NCBI GenBank assembly: GCA_036785375.1
Contig: JAWMAR010000578.1
Location: 868,001 to 932,000 of the forward strand
DNA from: Leucoraja ocellata
Taxonomy: Eukaryota
Length of the DNA: 64,000 nt
Direction: 5' to 3'
In this document: positions 49,786 through 62,859 of the stretch, in pieces
Position numbering within the stretch: the stretch's first letter is position 1
How the letters are laid out: the number at the start of each line of letters is the position of its first letter
Position numbers and translations under genes: made by a program
The notes under the pieces: generated by a model
What the model was told of the DNA's origin: nothing
What the model saw: only the letters and a program-made list of their open reading frames with translations
The model's database searches: none

Positions 49786-51340
49786 GAATCATACAACGTG
49801 GAAACAGGCCTTTCGGCCCAACTTGCCCACACCGACCAACATGCCCCAAGTACACTTCTTCTAAATGTCTGCGTTTGGCCCATATCTCTGCCCTATCCAT
49901 GTACCTGTCTAAATGTTTCTTATTTCCGAAGATGGGATCTCACTGCATCAACGAATATGCAGTTCTCGGGAAGATCTGTCAGCTATTGGGATAGTACCTG
50001 CCTCAAATACTTCCTCCAGCAGCTCGTTCCATGCATGCACCCCCCTCTGTGTGAAAAAGCTACCCCTTAGGTTTCTATTAAATCTTTCCCCCTCACCTTA
50101 AAACTATGTCATTTGGTTCTTGATTCCCCTACTCTGGGCAACTGGCTCTGTTCGTCTATCCAATCTATTCATCTCATGATTTTGTACACCTCAATATGAT
50201 CACCTCTCATCCTATTGCGCAACGAGGAATAGAGTCCAAGGCTGCTCAACCTCTCACTATAGCTCAGGCACTCGTGTCCAGGCAACATCCTCGTAAATCT
50301 TCTCTGCACCCTTTCCAGCTTGACAACATCTTTCCTAAAACACAGTGTCCAGAACTGAACACAATACTCTAAATACGGCCTTACCGCTTCATATCACATA
50401 TCACTGCAACATAACCTCACAACGTCTATACTCACTACGCTGTCTGATTAAGGCATATGTGCCAAAAGCATTTTTGACCACTCTACCTACCTGTGGTGCC
50501 ACTTTCAAAGAACTCTGTACCTCCACTCCCCAGAGCACTACCTTGCACTATGTAGGTCTTGCCCATGTTAGTCTTCCCAAAATGTACCACCCCGCATTTA
50601 TATTAAATTCCATCAACCATTTTTCAGCCCACTTGACCAACTGATCAAGATCCTGCTGTAATTTTTTGATAACCATCTTCACTGTCTATACAATGTTGAC
50701 TATCGCTAATCATCCCACGTCCATCTAGATGCATTTTTATCCTATCCCTCAGAATAATCTCCAGCAATTTACCAACCACGGATGATAAACTCACTGGCCT
50801 GTAGTTCCCAGCCTTTTCCCTGCCACCCTTCTTGAATAAAGCACAACATTTGCCACCCTCTAGTCTTTGGACACCTTGACGATTCATAAATCTCCGCCAG
50901 GGTCCTGCAATTTCCTCTCTAGCTTCCCAGAGTCCTCGGATATATGTGATCAGGCCTGGGAGATTTTTCTACCTTCATACGCTTCACGATATCCAGCACC
51001 TCTTCAGCCATAATATTGACTGCTCTCAAGATACTTCCAGTGACTGTCCCAAGTTCCTCAGTTCTCCTGTCTTTCTCCATGGCTAAAAAAATAGAAATAC
51101 TCATTGAGGACCTTGCCCATCTCATGTGGCTCTACCAGAGTTAACCCTTTGATTCCTTATGGATCCCATACGCTCTGGTTCCCCCTTTTTCCCTCGATGT
51201 ACTTATAAAATCTATTGGGATTATCCTTAATGCTATCTGCCAGGGATAATTCCTGTCCCCTTTTTGCCCTTGCAATTTAATTTGTTTAGCTTACTCCTTA
51301 GTCCCGAAACTCTTCCAGGGACACAGTTGATTCCGTCAAA
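49786..51340 (-). mobile_element. CR1 LINE remnant with internal deletion
   Basis: LFKKGGREKAGNYRPVSLSSVVGKLLEIILRDRI; KSPRPDHIYPRTL. Confidence 0.88.
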
Positions 51341-52046
51341 CCTGACTCTTGATTCTGTCAAAAATATGAACGTTTTGTCTTATTCAGGGGAAGATGTAGA
51401 TTTGGCTTTTTTTCCATTTTGTTTTATTACCCTATCTGGATGCGAAGCTTTGTAAACTTGTTAATTCAACCCTCTACTGTTTACAGTAATGACAACATGT
51501 TCGATGACAATAAAGTGCTCTGGGACCAAAAGTAGATTTAAAACACATGTTCCCTCGTGTTTCACTAGTTGTTTTCTTTGTTAAGCAGCTCATCTCTTCT
51601 TGCAAGCATATTAACCGACAAATTATTTCAGATTTGTTTTCAGCTGAAATTACATCAGTGTTTCGAAATGCCCCTCTCTTGTCATAACCGATAATACAGG
51701 GGAATGTCAGGATATTTATCCAATTATCAATTTTATAATGATTGCCAATGAAACAATAAGTGGTTTGTCCTTCTACGTTGCAATAGAAAGATTGGCAACT
51801 TTAAAACTTGTTTTGAATTGATATCAAGATAATTGTTTCGTATTTCTTTTTTCCAGAATGTACACGGCGCGCAATTACCAGACATAAAACTCGCAGAGCA
51901 AATATTTTGGTATCAGAAACAGGGTCTCAAATAAATTACTCAAATTAGACTTCTTCCACTTCAGCGTCAAATTGGATACCGCAAGCAGTTTGCAACTTCA
52001 GATCATCGTACACTTTGACCACAGCGAGTTTCCATGATGTCACCAG

Positions 52047-52155
52047 CAGATTCAAGGTGCATTATTCTTATGGGTTACTTACTCTTAGTTCGAGCTATGA
52101 ATGTATTTATGGGGGTTCATTGGCTATATCATCTTTTTATAGAGAAGTTGCAAAT
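52047..52155 (+). pseudogene. Possible NKp30-like Arg-containing TM exon relic
   Basis: ccag|(A)DSRCIILMGYLLLVRAMNVFMG...|gtgcgt; followed by a strong acceptor tttccttccag at ~52291. Confidence 0.35.
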
Positions 52156-52559
52156 GTGCGTGCTCTGGCTACAGCGAATTACAGACAGAAAGCTGAAGTT
52201 TGAAGAAAGGTCTCGACACGAAACGTCGCCTACACATCTGATCCACAGAGTTACTCCAGCACTGTTAATCTTTTTTTAAATTTCCTTCCAGAGGACGTAC
52301 CCTTTCCAATCGCAATGGAACAAGAAGCAAAAAAAGACATTTACAAAGGACGAGAATAAATTGAAAAGAAGGCTGATAAGCACGCACGCATGTACAGATT
52401 TAGATACACATACACACATTTATTTAAACGCATACGTTTTACTGCGATGTTTTCTCAGAAAACGCCAACTTTCATTGATACAACATCTTCAAACCATTTA
52501 AAGAAAATACACAGAACGTGCTTTACGGGAAGATAAAGGTCTTGCAAAGTGAGTTTAGG

Positions 52560-54150
52560 GAGTTCCACAAATGTTTTAAAAAAATTACTTCATGAGTCCC
52601 TATCTCAGGATTCCTGCGTGGGATCTGTATAGAAAACATTGATTGATCTAAACTGGAAGGGAACGAAGATCAGAGAAGAGAGGATTATTCAAGCTACTTA
52701 GAAGTGTTTAAACGAACTTGGGAAGGGAGAAGGTCGGTGGAAGCATGGAACCAGTGCAACAACTGGGGTGAAATTTGTGCAGGACAAATCAAGCAAGTCC
52801 CAAGGGCAGAGTAGAGGGTGGCAGGTTCGCAAGCCGAGGAGGCTTAGCAGGCTCAACAGCATTTACTTTAATGCAAGGTGTCTCACTGACAAGTCAGTTG
52901 ACATTAGAGCATGTGTCAGAACTTGGAATGATGACTTTACTGCAATCACATAGTTGAGGGAAGAGGGAAGGACAAGACTGGCAACTTAATGTTCCAAGTT
53001 ATACAACCTTCAGGTGTGAGAAAGAGTACTGCAGAAGAGCAGGGGGGTACGTTTGCATTGCCTGTTAGGCAGAAAATAATTAACCCTTTGGAAGGGTATC
53101 CTGGAGGGTTCATCCAATGAGGCCTTATGGATCGAATTTGGGAAAAAGAGAGGAACGATCACTTTGCCAAAGTTATAAGATAGACTTCCCAGTAGTCAGG
53201 AAAAATGACTGGAACAGGTATGTAAGCAAGCCGCCAAAGTTTGTTATAGTGGGCATTTTTATATGCTCAATCTTAACTGGATTGTCCTGATTGTCACGGG
53301 TTTAGATGGAGAGAAATTTGTTAAGTTTGTACCACACATTTTGAGAGCCAATATATTATTGGTCCTGTCAGATATGAGTCAGTACGATGCTCGACATTAT
53401 CAGGAAAGCACTGGGTAGGTGGTGGAAATGTTGGTGGAGCGAGACTTTTAGAACAGTGAAAATTCAGAAATGTTCAAGTTATTTATGCAAAGGGATCAGG
53501 CTGTTCCTTAAATTTGAGAAAGGCTTGTTTCAATAGCATAACTAGAAATTGATGAATGTAGACTGGGCACAGATGCTTGTGGGTAAAACTGACAAGTGGA
53601 AGTCTTTTAAGGGACAATTAACCAGACTTCAGATTCAGCAAGTTCCAATTAAGGTGAAAGGAAAGATGGCAAGGCAGGAGATACATGTGGCCCAGGCAGA
53701 GGTTTCAGTACCTTCATTCTTCAAAGGTGACATGCCAAAACAGGGAAGGATAACTACTATTCTTTCACTTAAGAAGAGCACCAAAGATATGCCAAGTAAT
53801 TACAACTGTTGTGCCTTACTTCATTAATGAGGGAAATTAATGAGGAAGGTCTTAAGAGATATGATTTATGTAAATTTGATAATTCAGGTATTTATTAGGG
53901 ATAGTCAGTAGATCTTTGTGCGGGGGTAAATCCTGCCTCACTAATTTGATTGAGCTTTATGAGGCAACTACTAAACAGATTCATCAAGGCGGGATTGTAG
54001 GCATTTTTTTGACGTTTGACATGGTTTCACATCGCAGGCTGGTTCAGAAGATTAAGACATACTGGATACACCTTACATCGTTGGCTAATTGCATCTAAAA
54101 TTGGCATGGTGAAAGTAGACAGTGGTAGTGGTGGAAAGCTACATTTCTGA
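52560..54150 (+). mobile_element. CR1 ORF2 5' part (APE endonuclease to RT), degenerate
   Basis: SIYFNARCLTDK...IRACVRTWNDDFTAIT (APE N-terminus); GKSCLTNLIELYE (RT). Confidence 0.8.
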
Positions 54151-56231
54151 CTGCCTTGGAAATTAATTCCACACAACCATGGAAATAAAACTGTCTCTCA
54201 TTTCTCCTTTCAATTTATCCTGTGTCAGCTTAAACAATGCTCTTTAATTCCAGACTCTCCTGGTGAAGGAAAATGACTGACTATTGTCCTATTTATGCTT
54301 CTGATCAAATTATAAATCATGATGTGGTGTGATCAGAACTGTACATTGTACACCAAAGGCGCACATAAACAGCACATGCTTACTCACATGTTTCAGTGCT
54401 TTATGCTCCCACTGTCTTCCAGGCAAAACCTATCTGCATTTTATGTTTTTCCTTCCATGTTCTTGTTCATGACACTCGGTGGAGCATATTTATTATTTAC
54501 GTGGATACATTTAGCTCTAAAAAATACTCAAGAAGCACAACATTATTCAGGATAAAGAAACCCTTCTCATTGGTACCGATTCACCAACATAAAATAAATA
54601 GTCTCCATTACTGTTGCATCATAGCTGCAGTGGACCACGTTGATGGAAATATATTGCAATTCCTTCAGCTACTTCCTATCCAGGAGTGGTGATCTTTCAC
54701 TTGAAGGGGAAATCATGGAAGATGACCTACCAATTTTACACCGTAATTAAATAATTCCTCAGTTACAGTTGCTTAGTTAGGTTGCAGTTGCTCAAGACAT
54801 TAGTGAGGCCACATTTGGAATATTGTCTTCAGTTTTCGTCATCCTATTGTAGGGAATGTTATTGGTGCAGAGACGATTTACGAGGATGTTGCCAGAAGTA
54901 GACTGGGGAGATTGAGCAGGTTAGAACTTTATTCCTTGGAGCGCAGGAGAATGAGGAGTGATCTTATACAGATATATGATCATGAAGGGAATAGATAGGG
55001 TAAACGTCTACTCTGTCAAACCTTAAAACTTCTATTAGGCCACTCAATTACATTGTTTATCCATACAGACCAGCCCGAATCAATGTTTTATTTCTGGATA
55101 AGAATTGCCTCATTTTGTACACTGTACTGCAGTTCAATCCACTTACCTTATTCTTTTCTGCTTTTCAATTCTGAGTAAAAATGAACGGTGCCATGTTCTT
55201 TTTATATGGCCCCGTTAATCTCTCTTCATAGATTTGTGTATTAATGCTCCCAAACATCTTACTCATCCAATAACTGGGTATTATTTGGTGTTTATCTTTC
55301 CAGGAGTGTGGGCAACATCAACGAATCCAGCATTTATTGTCCGTACCACGTTGCCCTGAGAAGATGGACATTATCCACAGGCTTGAATTACTGCATTCCT
55401 TCATGTGAATGAACTCCCCCAATGCAATTGGGAAGGAAGCACTCAGATTTAGAAGTAAACCTGATGATGAAAAACAGCATATTTTTAAGTTAGGATGGTT
55501 GCCAGACCCTGATGCCATGGTGCAGATTAGGTTGGTAGATGGGAAACTGATCAAGGATGGTGTTGAACTTCTTCAATGTTTTTGGAGTTTGATTTATCCA
55601 GGCAAGTAGGTTAAGCTTTGGCATGCTCTTAGATTGTGGATAGGCTGTCAGGAGGAGAGTCATTTCAAATTGCCTGAGCAATTTATGTATTCTTTTAAAA
55701 AGTACCGCCTCATACCTATCTAAATCAAAAACTAATTAGTTATTAAATGGTCATTCTTGTAAGTGTATTTAATTCCTGAATTTTACTTCATTTACCTTTA
55801 GATTTAAACAAATCTGACATTGAGAACTACAAACATTTTGTTGCATTTGATTATGGCTTGTTTATGTTTTCAATTTCCATCCAATTTCATTTAATTTGCA
55901 GTTGAAAAGGTCAACATCAAGGGATTCTATTACAAAAGTGATGCCAATGCATAACATGGTTAAGTTACAACTTATCTGTTACATCATTGTCATAAATTCA
56001 GACAAACTGATAGAGCATATTTAATAAAGACTCAATATCTTTAAAACCGATTAATTGCTCAAAACTATATTCTAAGAATTAATTTCTTGCCGATATCATT
56101 TTGTGGAAGAAATTTAAAATTTAGAATGAGTTAAATCTGGCATAAAATTAGATCTAATAAACACCAGTGAATAATAGATTACACCCTTTGAACTTGAAAA
56201 AAATTTCAGGCATAACTCTTTTCACTCAAGA

Positions 56232-57348
56232 TCATAGAGTATAGAAGTTGGGATGTAATGTTAAAATTGTACAAGGCATTGGTGAGGCCAATTCTGGAGT
56301 ATGGTGTACAATTTTGGTCGCCTAGTTTTAGGAAGGATGTCAACAAAATAGAGAGAGTACAGAGGAGATTTACTAGAATGTTGCCTAGGTTTCAGCAACT
56401 AAGTTACAGAGAAAGGTTGAACAAGTTAGGGCTTTATTCTTTGGAGCGCAGAAGGTTAAGGGGGGACGATAGAGGTCTTTAAAATGATGAGAGGGATAGA
56501 CAGAGTTGACGTGGATAAGCTTTTCCCACTGAGAGTAGGGAAGATTCAAACAAGGGGGCATGACTTGAGAATTAAGGGACAGAAGTTTAGGGGTAACATG
56601 AGGGGGAACTTCTTTATTCAGAGAGTGGTGGCTGTGTGGAATGAGCTTCCAGTGAAGGTGGTGGAGGCAGGTTCGTTTTTATCATTTAAAAATAAATTGG
56701 ATAGTTATATGGATGGGAAAGGAATGGAGGGTTATAGTCTGAGCACAAGTATATGGGACTAGGGGAGAATACGTGTTCAGCCGGACTAGAAGGGTCGAGA
56801 TGGCCTGTTTCTGTGCTGTAATTGTTATATGGTTATATATAGACAGTTTATTTTTTCTACTCTCGTAGTTTATTTCATGCCACATTTGAAGTTTATGCCA
56901 GTTTTGCATTTATATATCTTTCTGGAAGAAAGGGACTGAAAAAAATATACAAATTCAAATAGATGCAAACTAATAGCTTACAAAATTCTTAAGAGGTTGG
57001 ACAGGCTAGATGCAGGAAGATTGTTCCCGATGTTGGGGAAGTCCAGAACAAGAGGTCACAGTTTAAGGATAAGGGGGAAATCTTTTAGGACCGAGATGAG
57101 AAAAACATTTTTTCACACAGAGTGGTGAATCTCTGGAATTCTCTGCCACAGAAGGTATTTGAGGCCAGTTCATTGGCTATATTTAAGAGGGAGTTAGATG
57201 TGGCCCTTGTGGCTAAAGGGATCAGGGGGTATGGAGAGAAGGCAGGTACAGGATACTGAGTTGGATGATCAGTCATGATCATATTGAATGGCAGTGCAGG
57301 CTCGAAGGGTCGAATGGCCTACTCCTGCACCTATTTTCTATGTTTCTA
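56232..57348 (+). mobile_element. Two young CR1 3' fragments (56232-56840 and 56976-57348)
   Basis: MLKLYKALVRPILEYGVQFWSP...LGLYSLERRRLRGD; near-identical copies at 23666 and 12935. Confidence 0.92.
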
Positions 57349-58865
57349 ATAGTTACCAGTATCTTTATATCAGATCTAATTTCGCATATTGATAAAAAAA
57401 TTAATTGACAACGATTTGTCCGGAATTAACTTGTCCAATATATGTTTTGAGCAGTGGATTAAGTTTATAACCTTTGCTTCCTTTGTGAAATATTCTGCAC
57501 TGATTAATTTGGATTCAACATTTGTGGTTATCAGGCAGGCGGGTTGCAGACATCGGAGTCATGGTGACTTAACTCATCAGCCTCAGGCATGCTGAGGTTA
57601 TGGAATGATGGGAGAGCGCAATATTCAGGTGCTGGAGGCACCGCCCAGATGGAAGAAGGACATGATGCTAAATTGCAGAACGGATTGACAAAGTCTGTAG
57701 TACTTCGATGAAGCCACAAGGTGGAGCCCGCCCCTCGCGCAATGTAAAGAGGCTCTCTATGGCAGATGGAAGCGATTTTCTTTCTGATGAAGGATACAGA
57801 GGAGCTGGACATCAATTCGGACTTGGGATCTGGCCTTTCAACAACAACACCAGGATGCATAATTTTATTCAGATCTTTGTAAAATCAAGACTCGCCTCCC
57901 TGAACAAAGCTGGAATTACTCGGCCAAATGCAGCTTTTAAGACTGAGACGGTGGTCCGGTTTTGAGTAAATAGTGCAATTTTCAGTATAATACGCTTAGA
58001 TTCAGTCAGCCGTTTCTAGCACGATCTGTTAAAGAAACAAAACATTTAAAGTTTATATCAACTGAATTATTGTGATAAGTCCCCTAGCGTTCTTACCCGT
58101 TTCTATCACATACCCGGAGGTCTTTCCATGTTCCTCTCTGTTCATTGTTTGCTCTGATGTCTCGACCAATCGGTCAACCTTTACCACGGAGCCTAGACAG
58201 GAAGACAAATTAATTGGGTACTATAGTGCAGATTTGGCGATCGTGAGTTATTTTGAATGTTGACATATTTTCTTACACCACTCTTATTATGAGCCGACAA
58301 GACATCTAACGGGCGCCGATTCCCTATTGCCCAATTTGTGCTCCCGACTAAAATCGATTTGTCGCCTTTGTCTCCAGATGGGTTCGAGGTCAAGGCGAGA
58401 GAGTCACCACTAAATGATACTTTGAATAATTATCTGAACATCAGTTTTGAAGACATTCCCGACGCTTCATCTTACAGGGATCAGCCGCGGCTGGGCTCCA
58501 CCCTTCAGAAGCAAAAACAATGGGATGGGGACCAATTCGGGCAGATGCAGAAATCACAACATTCAGCGGAGTCCCGACTGACCACAAAAATGAAAGAAGG
58601 AACGGTAATCGTGCCGACAACTTTTAAATCAAAGGATTGGGAAATAATCAATTTATCCAACATGCATTGGCCCAAGATAAACAGTTGCACAAAGCTGTAA
58701 CTTGAGGAAGGAAACCGCTCCAAGTGGCGACATCTAAATTACAACCGCTCTCATCTTCCAATTCTGCATGTGGCGTTTCAGCAGTGGAACAATTATTTTA
58801 TAACAGTTCGATTAGAAGACGGTATTGTATTCCTTGATATTAACGATGATTAACAATTTATTTTT

Positions 58866-58966
58866 TTAAGCTCTTTCAATGCCCTCTTTTGTTTTTGGAT
58901 TTTTACAAGTGAATTTGGAACACTGGTGATAGCGGAGACTTGACGGAATTGTTGTCCTCTGTGAGT
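58866..58966 (-). CDS. Ig receptor gene B, candidate terminal cytoplasmic exon
   Basis: ttctccatccccag|(D)SQRTTIPSSLRYHQCSKFTCKNPKTKEGIERA-TAA, with AATAAA immediately after. Alternative: the TM exon reads through to AKGE-TGA. Confidence 0.4.
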
Positions 58967-59128
58967 CTGGGGATGGAGAACTGATATAATTCTGTACCGT
59001 TTGGGGATCACGATCTTGTTATTAACAATGTGGCCAAATAGCATCAATTCACGTAGCGTCATTTGATTCTCCGCAGCACCATTTTACAGGGAATTTGAAG
59101 ATTAACTCTAGAATGAAGCTTCATTCAC

Positions 59129-59227
59129 CTTTGGCAGAGCTTGATCCAAAAACAATTCTCAAAGTAGCCAACACCAGTAGAATGATCAATGTACCTCCTA
59201 AATTGCGAAGGACAACGCTGGCCGAAC
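59129..59227 (-). CDS. Ig receptor gene B, transmembrane exon with Arg residues
   Basis: tttttacgtctgcag|(G)SASVVLRNLGGTLIILLVLATLRIVFGSSSAK|gtgaat; 99 nt, phase 1/1, same length and relative position as the gene A TM exon. Confidence 0.75.
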
Positions 59228-59639
59228 CTGCAGACGTAAAAAGTAATTGAGCAATAAGACAATTATCACAAGTGAATGAACAAACTATAGAATTGTATTT
59301 GTGTAAAGAGCTTTATCAAGTGTCACTGTACTACAAAAAATATCCAAATAAAATAGCAATATTAGGCAAATGGACACTGTACAAAATAAACGGGAGATCT
59401 TGCTTCCAATATGAACAATATTGTTATTGCATTATATGTCAACGAGTGATACATTTCCAAGTCAAGCTAGTGTGCAATTTGGAAGGCAGCCTGCAGGCCG
59501 TGGTGTTCACATGCACCTGTTGCCCTTGTCATTGTTGGTGATCCAACCTGTCCAGAAATCTATAAATGTCAATCCTCACTTTTCAAACATCTGCAACGCT
59601 TCGAGGTAGGGAATTACAAAGATTCACTCATCTCTGAGA

Positions 59640-61790
59640 AGAGTCATACAGTCACAGAATGATACAGTGTGGAAACAGGCCCTTCGGCCCAACTCGCCTA
59701 CACCGGCCAACAATGTCCCTGCTAACCTAGTCCCACTTGCCTGTGCTTGGTCCATAACCCTCCAAACATTTCATATCCATGTACCTGTCCAACTGTTTCT
59801 TAAACGATGGGATAGTCCCAACCTCCTCTGGCAGCTTGTTACATACACCCTCCACCCTCTGTGTGAAAATGTTACCCCTCGGATTCCTATTAAATCTTTT
59901 CCCCTTCACCTTGAACCTATGTCCTCTGGTCCTCGATTCCCCTACTCTGGGTAGAATCTGCGCATCTACCCGATCTATTCCCCTCATAATTGTGTACACT
60001 TCTATAAGATCTCCCCTCATCCTCCAACGCTCCATGGAATAGAGACCCAGCCTACTTAACGTCTCCCTATAGCTCACACACTCTCTAGACCTGGCAACAT
60101 CATCGTAAATCTTTTCTGAACCATTTCAAGATTGACAATATCTTTCCTATAACATGGTGCCCAGAACTGAACACTATATTCTAAATGTGGTCTCAGCAAC
60201 GTCTTATACCACTGCAACATGACCTACCAACGTCTATACTCAATACTCTGAATGATGAAGGCCAAAGTGCCAAAAGCCGTTTTGACCACCTGCGATTCGA
60301 CCTTCAAGGAACCATGCACTTGTACTCCTAGACCCCTCTGCTCTACACCACTAGCATTTACTGTTTAGGTCATGCCCTTGTTCGACTTCCCAAAATGCAA
60401 CACCTTAAACTTCTCTGTATTAAATTCCATCAACCATTCCTCTGCCCACGTGGCCAAGCGACCCAGTTCCTGCTGCAATCGTTCATAACCATCTTCACTA
60501 TCTGCAAAACCACTAACTTTTGTATCATCAGCAATCTTGCTAATCTTGCCCTGTTTGTTTTCATCCAAATCATTGATGTAGATGCCAAACAGTAACGGGC
60601 CCAGCACCGAACCCTGTGGCACACCACTAGTCACTGGCCTCCATTCTGAGAAGCAATCTTCCACTAACATTCTATTTTCTTCCATGGAGCTAATTTACTA
60701 TCCATTCAGCTATCTCTCCTTAGATCCCACGAGATCTAACCTTCCAAAACAGCCAACCATGCGGCACCTTGTCGAATGCCTTATTAAAATCCATGCACAC
60801 AACATCTACCCCTCTGCCATCATCAACCTTTTTGCCCACGTTTTCAAAAACAATCAATCAGATTGTGAGACACGACGTCCCACGTACAAAACCATGCTGA
60901 CTGTCCCTAATCAGCCCATGCCCATCCAAATGCATGTATAACCTATCCCTCAGAATACTCTACAGTAACTTATCAACTACAAATGTTAAGCTCTCCAGCC
61001 TATAGTTCCCAGCATTTTCCCTGCAGTCCTTCTTGAAAAGAGGCACAACATTTGCCACCCACCAATCCTCTGGCACCTCTCCTGTATTTAAGGACGACAT
61101 ACATTTAATCCAGGGCCTCCGCAATTTCCTCCCTTGTTTCCCGCAATGTCCTCTGATATATCCGACCAGGCCCCAGAGATTTGACTACCTTCAAACACGA
61201 CAGTACCTTTAGTACTTCCTCGACAGTACTTCCTCGATGCTCTCATGACACTTCCAGTAACTGCTCCAATTTCCTCCATCCTACTGTTTTCTCCTTGGTA
61301 AATGCAGAGGAGAAATACTCTTTGAGGACCTTACCCATCTCCTGTAGCTCCACACAGAGGTGACCGCTTTTATTCCTGAGAGGTCCCACTTTCTCTCTGG
61401 TTATCCTTTGCCCCCTTATGTTTTTACAAAATCTTTTCGGATTGTCTTTTATGGTACCCGCCAGAGCTATCTCCTGGCCAATTTTTGCCCTTCTGATCTC
61501 CTTTTTTAGTTTGCTCCTTATTTCCCAAAACTCCTCCAGTGATGCACTTATCCCAACTGCCTTTACCTGTCCCATGCACCCTTCTTGTTTTTGACTAACG
61601 TCTCAATTTCCCTCGTCAGCCAAGCTTCTTTACGTTTGCCTGCTTTGCCTTTCACTCTAACGGAGACGTACACACCCTGAGCTCTCTACAGCATACGTTT
61701 AAAACATCCCACTTGGCCGATGTTCCCTCCCCATCAAATAACCTGCCCCAGTCAAGTTGAGCTAGACCTTCTCTCATACCCTCAAAATAG
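59640..61790 (-). mobile_element. ~2.1-kb CR1 LINE in the gene B C1-TM intron
   Basis: SEWRPVTSGVPQGSVLGPLLFGIYINDLDE...IADDTKV; IKDNPKRFCKNIRG; intact 3' end at ~59640. Confidence 0.92.
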
Positions 61791-62114
61791 TGAAATATCT
61801 CAACATTGCAAAGTTATTTCCCGACTATATATAAAGAACGTGTACCTCTATCCCCATCTCACTGATTGTGTCTTTTTGATTATTTTTTGTTTGCTAACAC
61901 CTCTGACAGCCTTGAAGGTTTAGCCACGTCACAGACACTATAAATATTGAAGATGCAGATATAATTTAGAAAACAGATGAGAGCATATGATACGTCAGTT
62001 TGCCCGAACTCCCGCGGCGAATAAACACGGTCCACATTCAGCCCGTCTAGTCGTGTTTGAGCTGTATCCATCAATATTTCTAAATCTGTTCCCAGCTCTA
62101 TTTGCCAGTCTTAC

Positions 62115-62405
62115 CTGGCTTGACGGTGTAGTCGACTTTGGCCGGGACCGCAAGGGAGACATGTGACACTAGGCAGGTGTAAATATCAACGCGCCAGGTA
62201 GGCTTTGTTACTTGGAGAAAGCTGGAAGCCACATACAACTCCTCCACGCTACTGATGTTCACACGTTCTTCCCCGGTGGAAATTGTTACACCGTTTCTTT
62301 GCCAGGATATTTTGACTTCCTTCGGGGAAAAGGCAGCCGTTTTACACACAAGTCTGGGCGGCGAACTGCCATTAACTTGGCTAATGCTCAGGGGAGTTGG
62401 CGGAG
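62115..62405 (-). CDS. Ig receptor gene B, C1-set domain exon (V and leader expected beyond the window)
   Basis: 291 nt with the same splice sites as 40227-40517; 15 nt differences counted by eye. Confidence 0.92.
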
Positions 62406-62859
62406 CTGTAACAGAAGAAAAAATATGTTGCACATTTTCTTTCCAATTCAACGATAACATTCTAGTTTGCCTCGTCACACCGCGACCTTGCACTCCCACC
62501 ATGAGATCGGTTATCGGTACAATCGCTTTTGCAATCACTGATTTGTCATTGTTTTAGATTTGACAGTGAAATATATCCAAGCAATACATAAGGAATCCGA
62601 GGTTTGGATGTAGGTAATATGAGGGCTTCTGAACAATCGCCAATGTTCTAAAGTGCCAAATCAGTAGCGTGGCGGGTGTGTATCATCGATGGCAACAACT
62701 TTTTATGTTCATTCAAAAATGACTGTTTTTACGAGATTTTGGTGTAAAGAATGATACGTGTAGAGTGGAATATCACAGAGATACACAGCACAGCACAGCA
62801 CAGAGCAGCCCAGATTACCTATTGCGTAATTAAACCTCCATCTCCACGTATTCATTTTT

